From positions 1-39,568 of the forward strand of contig JAFYXQ010000027.1 in assembly GCA_017546085.1 (NCBI GenBank): a stretch of DNA of 39,568 bases, given 5' to 3'. Positions 17,860-24,502 of this stretch are shown here, in pieces. The notes beneath the pieces were generated by a model that worked only from the letters and a program-made list of their open reading frames with translations, ran no database searches and had not been told where the DNA came from. Position numbers and translations under genes: made by a program. The stretch comes from Alphaproteobacteria bacterium. Lineage in GTDB: Bacteria > Pseudomonadota > Alphaproteobacteria > Rs-D84. Numbering within the stretch: position 1 is the stretch's first letter; each line of letters starts with the position of its first letter.

Positions 17860-18519
17860 TTATTTTGAATATAATTTTTTAAATCCGTTTTCTATTTTTC
17901 TAATATATTCTGCATCGCCATCACGCCAATATTTTGGATCGCGCATCATACGACGCAAATCAGAATCAGATAAATTTTCAGACGATGACGAATCTGTTTT
18001 TACATCAGGTTCCATCGACAGCATCATTTTATAAACGCTTTGAATTCCTTGGGGTGTAGCACACAACGCTTCAAATGCATCACATGGTAAAAAACGTTCA
18101 CCAAATAAATTTATTGCATGCAATGCGTCGTTCATTTTTTCTGTTCCACCAAAAAAATTTTTTAATTCATTTATTGCACTACTTTCATTTTGCACAGAAA
18201 ATAAATCTGATATTACAGGCGATAAAAATTCATTTACGACATCATAAATTTTTTCCACTTGATTTTTTGTTAGACCAATTTCTAAAAATTTTTGTCGTAA
18301 ATTTTCATCATCATACATTTCATTCGTCGGATATTCTGATGCTTTTTCAGGAACGCCAATTGCACGTTTGAATTTGTTTCGTGTATCTTCATCCGAATCT
18401 GAATTTGGAATCGTTACCATTGAACCAATTTTCTTTTCCAGTTCTGTATAAGATTTTATCAAGGCATCCGAATTTAATGAGCCATCAGAATTTAAAAATT
18501 TTTCCGGAATATTATTCAT
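17860..18519 (-). CDS. capsid scaffolding/assembly protein, T7 gp9-like
   Basis: Start moved to MNNIPEKF (AAGGA SD). The C-terminus LRRMMRDPKYWRDGDAEYIRKIENGFKKLY parallels T7 gp9 MIKAMSDPRYRTDANYRRQVEQKVIDSNF. Confidence 0.7.
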   Translation of the reverse strand: MNNIPEKFLNSDGSLNSDALIKSYTELEKKIGSMVTIPNSDSDEDTRNKFKRAIGVPEKASEYPTNEMYDDENLRQKFLEIGLTKNQVEKIYDVVNEFLSPVISDLFSVQNESSAINELKNFFGGTEKMNDALHAINLFGERFLPCDAFEALCATPQGIQSVYKMMLSMEPDVKTDSSSSENLSDSDLRRMMRDPKYWRDGDAEYIRKIENGFKKLYSK

Positions 18520-18709
18520 CTTTTTGTCCTTTGTTTTCGTTTGATTTACGTAAAAAATAAATTCCACCAAGTGTAAAAATTGATTGCAACATTATAAATA
18601 TATCTGTATCGCCAACTAAATATGCGGCAATCGCAGATATGATTCCAGTCGCGGAAATTATATATGTACGGTGGCCAGATAAAAATCCACCCTTGATTAT
18701 TGTTTTCAT
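18512..18709 (-). CDS. holin-like small membrane protein
   Basis: 65 aa with two predicted TM helices and a charged C-terminus. It lies between the endolysin and scaffold genes and overlaps the scaffold start by 8 nt. Confidence 0.5.
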   Translation of the reverse strand: MKTIIKGGFLSGHRTYIISATGIISAIAAYLVGDTDIFIMLQSIFTLGGIYFLRKSNENKGQKDE

Positions 18710-18719
18710 AAACACACCG

Positions 18720-19130
18720 TTATAAATAAAATAAGAAACCATCTATGTCAGCAATATAACCACGCGACAATGCCCATTGCGGTATTATATCCGCAGAATG
18801 AAATCTGGTTGCGCCAAAACATCTGTCAGCCAAACCATTTGCCAACATGCGCCGCGCTGTGCGCAGACACATTTCAAAGCCCCTATTATTCGCAGCAACA
18901 AATATGCGTTCGTGGTGTTCTGATTTTTCATCTAATACATCAAATATATTTTTATCACGAATTATGTCCGATATTGTGAGCCCTGTTTTTTCAGATATAT
19001 TTTTTATCATCGATGTCATCGCTTCGACCAATGATAATGATGATGCACCTGTTTGTGCATATACAGTACGCGCAACCTGATACGACAATGTTGCGGACGT
19101 GTCTGCGTTTTTAATTAATGTTAAATGCAT
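18720..19130 (-). CDS. cell-wall hydrolase, SleB/Hydrolase_2-like (endolysin)
   Basis: Start moved to MHLTLIKNAD. ARTVYAQTGASS...AMTSMIKNI...GATRFHSADIIPQWA...DGFLFY fits the SleB-type pattern (ARTiyaEa ... gAt.fh ... P.Wa ... h.Fy). Confidence 0.72.
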   Translation of the reverse strand: MHLTLIKNADTSATLSYQVARTVYAQTGASSLSLVEAMTSMIKNISEKTGLTISDIIRDKNIFDVLDEKSEHHERIFVAANNRGFEMCLRTARRMLANGLADRCFGATRFHSADIIPQWALSRGYIADIDGFLFYL

Positions 19131-19148
19131 TTGTTGTTGCCCTTGGAT

Positions 19149-19207
19149 AAAAAAATCCATGCAAAAAAATTGCATGGAAAATAAAAAAACCACAACAGAT
19201 GTTGTGG
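19149..19207 (-). terminator. two tandem intrinsic terminators between birA and the endolysin start
   Basis: Hairpin 1 is CCACAAC-atct-GTTGTGG plus T7 (19183-19207). Hairpin 2 is TCCATGCA-loop-TGCATGGA plus T7 (19149-19178). Only about 18 nt separate the second T-run from the endolysin ATG. Confidence 0.6.
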
Positions 19208-19234
19208 GCATAATCTTCGCTGTTTACGTATTGT

Positions 19235-19263
19235 ATATTAACATAAATCAATATAAAAGTCAA
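19235..19263 (-). promoter_or_regulatory. sigma70-like promoter candidate upstream of the tandem terminators
   Basis: On the minus strand: TTGACT, a 17-nt spacer, then TAATAT. AT-rich background means chance occurrence cannot be excluded. Confidence 0.4.
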
Positions 19264-19286
19264 GCGAATATTTTTTATATTACTAT

Positions 19287-19967
19287 TTAAATTTGAACTT
19301 CATCACCATAAACCAGTAAATATCGTGTGTCGCGACGTAATACCAATGCACCATTTTCATTTATTCCAACCATTGTCGCAGGCGCACCCTGATATCGAAC
19401 AGATGTATTCATACCGGCCGCCAATTCTGTCCAGCGATCACGAACATTTCTAAAATCCGCATTCCGCCATTTATCCATATTCTTAATTAAACGGTTAAAT
19501 AATCTGTTTATTGGTGTTTGTGAATAAATATCCATCTTTGTCGTCTCGTACTTTGATACAGTTGGATTAGAATTTACATTTATACCAATTCCAACAATAA
19601 CAAATGGCCCTGCATAATCGATTAAAATGCCGGCAATCTTTTTCCCATCAACAAAGATATCATTTGGCCACTTTATTGTTGGATGAATTCCAAACGATGC
19701 GATTGTTTCTGCAACCGCAACCGCAACAGAATAAGACAAACGCGCATCACGTTCAGGACAATCATAAATAAAACTGACGTACAAATTCCCATGATGTGAT
19801 ATCCACTGACGACGAAAACGTCCACGACCCGCAGACTGAGCCGCCGCCAATATGGCCGTTTTATCAGCACCGCGACCATGCATGATTAATTCATGCGCAT
19901 AATCCTGAGTGCTGGGGATTTTATCAAAAGATATCACCCTATAATTCGCCAATTGAATACACCCCAT
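19287..19967 (-). CDS. birA: biotin--[acetyl-CoA-carboxylase] ligase (class I, no DNA-binding domain)
   Basis: GRGRFRRQWISHHGNLYVS (the GRGRxGRxW motif), KWPNDI and GIGINV are present. Confidence 0.88.
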   Translation of the reverse strand: MGCIQLANYRVISFDKIPSTQDYAHELIMHGRGADKTAILAAAQSAGRGRFRRQWISHHGNLYVSFIYDCPERDARLSYSVAVAVAETIASFGIHPTIKWPNDIFVDGKKIAGILIDYAGPFVIVGIGINVNSNPTVSKYETTKMDIYSQTPINRLFNRLIKNMDKWRNADFRNVRDRWTELAAGMNTSVRYQGAPATMVGINENGALVLRRDTRYLLVYGDEVQI

Positions 19968-20358
19968 TTATGTTTCTTATAAAATTATTGCCATACGTGC
20001 GACGCAACTGATAAATCGCAGTATCAATCGCGTGCGTTGATGTATTTGGCGCATAACCAAGCGCAGCCTTCAATTCCGAACCGGACAAGCCACCTGTTTT
20101 GTATAAAATTGTTAATAGGTGCGATTTTATCTGCGATAGATGTACAGGCCTGCCAAATATTTTCTGTAAAATTTCGGTATTATCCATCGCACGGATAATT
20201 ATTTCTTTTAATTCAAGTGGTGTAATTTTATTTTTTATATTCAATTCTTCAAATATTAAATCTGTTTTTGTGGGGGCGATTAATACATCCGCGTTCAATT
20301 CCTGCAAAATTTGCCGCCATATTGTATCAGAAGAATAAATACGAACGCCTGTTAACAT
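19939..20358 (-). CDS. OmpR/PhoB-type winged-helix protein without a recognisable receiver domain
   Basis: The C-terminus ALGYAPNTSTHAIDTAIYQLRRTYGNNFIRNINGVYSIG fits the Trans_reg_C pattern (vDvhI..LRkK ... G.GY). It overlaps the birA start by 29 nt in another frame. Confidence 0.55.
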   Translation of the reverse strand: MLTGVRIYSSDTIWRQILQELNADVLIAPTKTDLIFEELNIKNKITPLELKEIIIRAMDNTEILQKIFGRPVHLSQIKSHLLTILYKTGGLSGSELKAALGYAPNTSTHAIDTAIYQLRRTYGNNFIRNINGVYSIGEL

Positions 20359-20394
20359 GCGTTAATTCTAAAACATGATTTTAAAATTGTCCAA

Positions 20395-20427
20395 TAAAAA
20401 AAACCACAACACAATGGCATTGTGGTT
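20395..20427 (-). terminator. intrinsic terminator after the 80-aa HTH gene
   Basis: Stem AACCACA / TGTGGTT, followed on the minus strand by a T-run of at least 7. Confidence 0.6.
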
Positions 20428-20459
20428 TTGGGGTGTCGAAAGTCCTGAAAAAAAAGTCA

Positions 20460-20702
20460 TTATCGTTCAGGTTCAGGAACGTCAATAAACTTTGTAAAAT
20501 CCTCGATTTTAGCGCCAGTGGACGACAAAATCTTGGAAATACTATTGGTTGATGGCCATCTGGGTTGCCCCTCTTTGGACCAACGTTTGCTTTTGTTAAA
20601 TGTCGTTGGATCCAATCCGCTGCACTTTGCCAAGCCAGAACAAGACATTCCATGTTCTGTGGCAAAGCGTTCGATGGCACGCCATACATCGTCGTGTGTC
20701 AT
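20460..20702 (-). CDS. HTH protein resembling the N-terminal domain of alphaproteobacterial S24-type phage repressors (stand-alone)
   Basis: MTHDDVWRAIERFATEHGMSCSGLAKCSGLDPTTFNKSKRWSKEGQPRWPSTNSISKIL matches the N-terminal pattern of LexA-like repressors as I recall it. No peptidase domain is present. There is a strong AAGGGAG SD. Confidence 0.7.
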   Translation of the reverse strand: MTHDDVWRAIERFATEHGMSCSGLAKCSGLDPTTFNKSKRWSKEGQPRWPSTNSISKILSSTGAKIEDFTKFIDVPEPER

Positions 20703-20860
20703 TTTTTCTCCCTTCGGTTACAAAAAACTAGATTTATTTTTTCACCTAGCACACGTCGATAATATGCAAAAAATCCCCTAAAAACAATAAGTAGCATTTC
20801 CTAGGCTTTTATCCCAAAAGCACTTTTTAAAATATACTAAAAATTTTTTTGACAAAACAC

Positions 20861-20889
20861 TTGACAAATCGTTGTTTATGTATTACATT
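20861..20889 (+). promoter_or_regulatory. promoter candidate for the GC-rich RNA
   Basis: TTGACA (20861-20866), a 17-nt spacer, then TACATT (20884-20889). A second TTGACA lies at 20849. Confidence 0.45.
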
Positions 20890-20895
20890 ACGATT

Positions 20896-21086
20896 CGTCA
20901 GAGGGGACAAAACCCGATGACCAGATGCGAAAGCATCTGTGGGGACCAGAGGTTCAGACTCCCTCCTACATTCTCTCTCCTCTGGACTCTGGGCCCCAGA
21001 AACAAGTTTAGAGTGTCCAATTTCTTTTTCTCCTTTCCTTCCTTTCGGGACACTCGGAAATACCGCCGGCAACGGCGGTATTTTTT
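20896..21086 (+). ncRNA. candidate structured sRNA (about 190 nt) with CU-rich loops
   Basis: A GC-rich island in AT-rich DNA. Hairpins: CAGATGC-GAAA-GCATCTG (20922-20939); CCAGAGG/CCTCTGG (20946-20985) with a 26-nt CU-rich loop; GAGTGTCC/GGACACTC (21011-21055) with a 29-nt pyrimidine loop. The terminator is TACCGCCG-GCAA-CGGCGGTA plus T6 (21061-21086). The four overlapping ORFs here lie in different frames and strands and look spurious. Confidence 0.5.
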
Positions 21087-21095
21087 ACAAAAAAC

Positions 21096-21124
21096 TTGAC
21101 AAAGCACAAAAACGGCCATAATAT
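21096..21124 (+). promoter_or_regulatory. promoter candidate immediately upstream of the PHP gene (implies a near-leaderless mRNA)
   Basis: TTGACA (21096-21101), a 17-nt spacer, then TAATAT (21119-21124). The ATG is at 21134 and has no SD. Confidence 0.45.
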
Positions 21125-21133
21125 TAAGCCGCT

Positions 21134-21979
21134 ATGAAAAAACAAAAATTTACTTTACATACACATACGCGCGGATTTGACGGTCGTTCAACCCCAGCAC
21201 AGATGATTAAACAGGCAAAGTCGCTTGGGTTTGAAGCGATTGGTTTCTCGAACCACTTTATTATACACCCTGAAATTTATTTTACGAATTTCTATCCGGT
21301 GGCACTGGCACGTGGCTACGACAGGATTTATAATTATAATTTCCGCGAAGCAATTAATAAATTTGTTCCGCATTATTCAAAACTGGAACATATTGCTGGT
21401 TTGGAAAAAGACATAAAAATACTACGTGGGTTGGAAGTTGATTTCTTTCCAAGCGCCGAATGGGAAAAGGATTTTAAGCGCGCAATAAAAATATTGCAAC
21501 CAGACTATGTTATTGGGGCGGTACACTTTGTTGAATACAAGGGGCAGTTGCGTAACGTACACGATATCGCACGGGCAGAAACAAAAGACCAAAACGTAAT
21601 GTTAAAAAAATATTGGGAAAAATTGGGCGATGCCGCAGAATCGGGTTTATTTACATGGTTGGCACACCCAGACTTACCAAAAAAATTAAATTTGGGTATG
21701 AATTATATCGATTGGCACCCATATGAAATGACTGCTAAGAATAAAATAAAAGCGTCCCAAACACCAATTGAATTTAATACATCGTTAAAGGACAACCGTA
21801 TGACAACCGTCAATGCGCATCGTTCTGATATTCCATTGCTGATTTCAGATGATGCACATAGCGCAAATCAAATTGGTCGTGATTTTGATTTAGCACGCAA
21901 CGAAATCGAAAAAGCAAATCTTACAAAAAATCTGCTATCACTGGAAAAAATACTTGAAATTGCGGATAAAAGAAGATAA
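21134..21979 (+). CDS. PHP-family phosphoesterase (histidinol-phosphatase HisJ-like)
   Basis: N-terminal LHTHT, then GFSNH, EVD, HF, AHPD and SDDAH metal-ligand-like motifs in PHP order. Confidence 0.72.
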   Translation: MKKQKFTLHTHTRGFDGRSTPAQMIKQAKSLGFEAIGFSNHFIIHPEIYFTNFYPVALARGYDRIYNYNFREAINKFVPHYSKLEHIAGLEKDIKILRGLEVDFFPSAEWEKDFKRAIKILQPDYVIGAVHFVEYKGQLRNVHDIARAETKDQNVMLKKYWEKLGDAAESGLFTWLAHPDLPKKLNLGMNYIDWHPYEMTAKNKIKASQTPIEFNTSLKDNRMTTVNAHRSDIPLLISDDAHSANQIGRDFDLARNEIEKANLTKNLLSLEKILEIADKRR

Positions 21980-22097
21980 ACTAAGCCCGCTGGGTAATCA
22001 GAACTGATTAAGTAATGGTGCATTTTGGTCCCATTATCGATAAGGATTCTGTTCATATCCGGCACCGAAAAACCAAAAAAACATAAGGAAAACAAAA

Positions 22098-22730
22098 ATG
22101 GCAAGAGCTGGTGCAAAGCGTAGCACACGCAAGTTGAAAATCGGACGTTCATTGGGCGTCAACCTGTGGGGTCAGGCAAAATCCCCATTTAACAAACGTA
22201 AATATAAACCTGGTCAGCATGGTCCAACATCACGCGGTGGCAATTCATCTGATTATGCAAAACAGATGCGTGCAAAGCAGACACTGAAGGGATATTATGG
22301 CAACGTTGGTGAAAAGAAATTCCGCGCATATTATTTAGAAGCAGATAATATGAAGGGCGACACACCTGAAAACTTAATCGGTTTATTGGAACGCCGTTTG
22401 GATGCAGTTGTATATCGTGCAAAATTGGCACCAACTGTATTTTCATCACGTCAGTTAATCAGCCATGGTCATATTTATGTAAATGGCAAACGTGTTAAAA
22501 TTGCATCTTATCGTGTTAATCCAGGCGATGTTATCACAGTCAGTGAAAAAGCAAAACAAATGCCATTGGTTGTATTGGCACTGGAATCTGCAGAACGCAA
22601 CTTTGCAGACTATGTTTCTGTTGACAGCGCAAACTTCACAGCAACATTCGTTCGCGTTCCTGCATTCGAAGATGTTCCGTACCCTGTTCAGATGTTCCCT
22701 GAATTGGTCGTCGAATTCTATTCCCGTTAA
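22098..22730 (+). CDS. rpsD: 30S ribosomal protein S4
   Basis: KLKIGRSLGVNLWG ... LERRLDAVVYR ... ARQLISHGHIYVNGKRV (S4 domain). Confidence 0.95.
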   Translation: MARAGAKRSTRKLKIGRSLGVNLWGQAKSPFNKRKYKPGQHGPTSRGGNSSDYAKQMRAKQTLKGYYGNVGEKKFRAYYLEADNMKGDTPENLIGLLERRLDAVVYRAKLAPTVFSSRQLISHGHIYVNGKRVKIASYRVNPGDVITVSEKAKQMPLVVLALESAERNFADYVSVDSANFTATFVRVPAFEDVPYPVQMFPELVVEFYSR

Positions 22731-22754
22731 TAGACGGAAAGTGGAAGATAAAAA

Positions 22755-22777
22755 ATCCTGCAACCGCAGGATTTTTT
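22755..22777 (+). terminator. intrinsic terminator after rpsD
   Basis: ATCCTGC-aacc-GCAGGAT followed by T5. Confidence 0.75.
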
Positions 22778-22801
22778 ATTTATTTTTTATTCATCTTTGT
22801 T

Positions 22802-23629
22802 TTATTCATCCAGCGCCAAAATAAACACACCCAATTCATTTGCACGTTTTATAACCGCAGGTTTGTTCACAACAAAACATGTTTTTGTATTCACAACAAT
22901 CCCACGCAAATGCGCCGCATGTACCGCATTGACCGTATCAACACCAATCGCAGGTATATCGATACGCAAATCCTGACCCGGTTTTGTCATTTTTGCAAAA
23001 ACACCGCTGGATTTACGTTTCTTGGCGCGCATTTCAACAACACGTTCCAGCATACGAGCGGTACCTTCTGCGGCTTCGACTGCGATAACCTGACCATCGA
23101 CGACAACTGATGCGCCAATATCTGCAGCACCGATTGTATGCGAAACCTCAATCGCGCGTTCGATATTTTTCATATCTGACTTCGATGGTTTTGCGCGTGT
23201 TTGAACACCAGATTTTTCAAACGCCAATTCAGGCGCCAAATCTTGGGCCGCAACAATTTCAAAACCCTGCCCCTCTAAAACCTTATTTAATGCGACCGCC
23301 ATGGAATCATACCCCCGTTGATGTTTCATTATTTTTAACAATGTACGAAACGTCCAAAAATCCGGACGTAAATCAGATAAATTTGGATGCCCCAACGCGC
23401 CAACGAATGTCATTTTTCGTATTCCACGACGCTTAAATTCACGTATTGCGCGGCCACCACCCCCAAGACGAACAACCATATCCGGCGATAGACGCGAATC
23501 ATAAAAATTTTTGAGACCAACAACAAACACATCCCAACCAGCAGCACGCAATGCATCACGTGTAAAAAACGGCAAATCCAATGCGCCTGCAACCAATGCA
23601 ATTTTATTATCTGATTTTTTTCTTGTCAT
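22802..23629 (-). CDS. lpxI: UDP-2,3-diacylglucosamine pyrophosphatase LpxI (DUF1009)
   Basis: IALVAGALDLPF at the N-terminus and KPGQDLRIDIPAIGVDTV near the C-terminus, as in LpxI. Confidence 0.82.
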   Translation of the reverse strand: MTRKKSDNKIALVAGALDLPFFTRDALRAAGWDVFVVGLKNFYDSRLSPDMVVRLGGGGRAIREFKRRGIRKMTFVGALGHPNLSDLRPDFWTFRTLLKIMKHQRGYDSMAVALNKVLEGQGFEIVAAQDLAPELAFEKSGVQTRAKPSKSDMKNIERAIEVSHTIGAADIGASVVVDGQVIAVEAAEGTARMLERVVEMRAKKRKSSGVFAKMTKPGQDLRIDIPAIGVDTVNAVHAAHLRGIVVNTKTCFVVNKPAVIKRANELGVFILALDE

Positions 23630-23713
23630 GCGTTATATGGTACGAATAAATCGGACTGGAATCAAGTCTGATTTTATGATAACATTTTATTAAATTAATA
23701 ATAGGTTAATAAA

Positions 23714-24478
23714 ATGAAAAGACTATCTTATGTTGCAATAACAATTGCAACAATTAGCGCCGCGGATGCGTCGTACGATGCAAAAAGGTTAAAAAACGAA
23801 ATTTCAAGTGGGCTTGATATTTTAACGGCTGAAATTGTTTACGACAAAATTGAAGAACCTGCCCCGGGCGAATTGGGCAAGGAAGTATATCAGATCGCGG
23901 GCGCCGTACAATCTGATGATGTAAAAATGTTTATTCCAACATCAATGTATGTACGTATGGGTGCAGGCCTGAATTTAGGATTTGCGACCGACAAGGCACA
24001 ATTTAACAACGAAGAATTTGAAAGTTCTGGCAGTTGGACCACACAGATTGGTTTGGGTTGGAATTTGTCTTCGTATGTTAGAACCGAAATAGACTTTCAA
24101 AATTCAACATTTAAATTTTCTGACCTTGAAGGAATGCAGGCGACATATAATACAATTGGCGGAATGCTGTATTTCGATTTTGCACGCAGATACGTTCAAA
24201 ATGGCGATATAACAAAACGCAGAACATTTGTTCCTTTTATGGGTATTGGCGCAGGACTTGGCGCATACGAATTCCAAGGGATCGATGGGGCCGACGGTGC
24301 TGTTATCGCTGCACCACGTGCAACCTTGGGTTTTAATGTTTCAATAAATGATTTAATCGGAATTGATATCGCATATCAATATCAGATGATGATTGGCAAT
24401 GGTTTTGGATGGGGCGCAAATAACGGTGGTGTTGATAATATTAGTAATATAATGGCATCAATTCGCGCAAACTTCTAA
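23714..24478 (+). CDS. outer-membrane beta-barrel protein
   Basis: Signal peptide ...ATISAADA, alternating beta-strand pattern, and C-terminal aromatic residue (…IRANF). Confidence 0.7.
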   Translation: MKRLSYVAITIATISAADASYDAKRLKNEISSGLDILTAEIVYDKIEEPAPGELGKEVYQIAGAVQSDDVKMFIPTSMYVRMGAGLNLGFATDKAQFNNEEFESSGSWTTQIGLGWNLSSYVRTEIDFQNSTFKFSDLEGMQATYNTIGGMLYFDFARRYVQNGDITKRRTFVPFMGIGAGLGAYEFQGIDGADGAVIAAPRATLGFNVSINDLIGIDIAYQYQMMIGNGFGWGANNGGVDNISNIMASIRANF

Positions 24479-24502
24479 GACAAAAAAACTGGGGGAATTA
24501 TT

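Larger units (their letters stand above)
6852..19263 (-). mobile_element. T7-like podovirus-derived structural/packaging/lysis block (cryptic prophage remnant or domesticated particle locus)
   Basis: Co-oriented genes show motif-level matches to T7 gp8, gp9, gp10, gp11, gp12 and the large terminase, plus an endolysin and a holin-like protein. The flanks are the housekeeping genes rnj and birA. No integrase or att repeats were seen. Confidence 0.7.

Noticed and set aside
19939-19967. The winged-helix ORF plus birA as one frameshifted class II BirA (repressor-ligase)
   Set aside because: The winged helix fits the OmpR/PhoB pattern (vD.hI..LRkk...G.GY) better than the BirA N-terminal HTH. The apparent matches to the E. 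coli linker in the two frames use the same nucleotides, so both cannot be real.
20827-21121. Four overlapping 60-81-aa ORFs on both strands
   Set aside because: They overlap each other in different frames inside a GC-rich, hairpin-dense segment bounded by a promoter and a terminator. A structured RNA explains this better.
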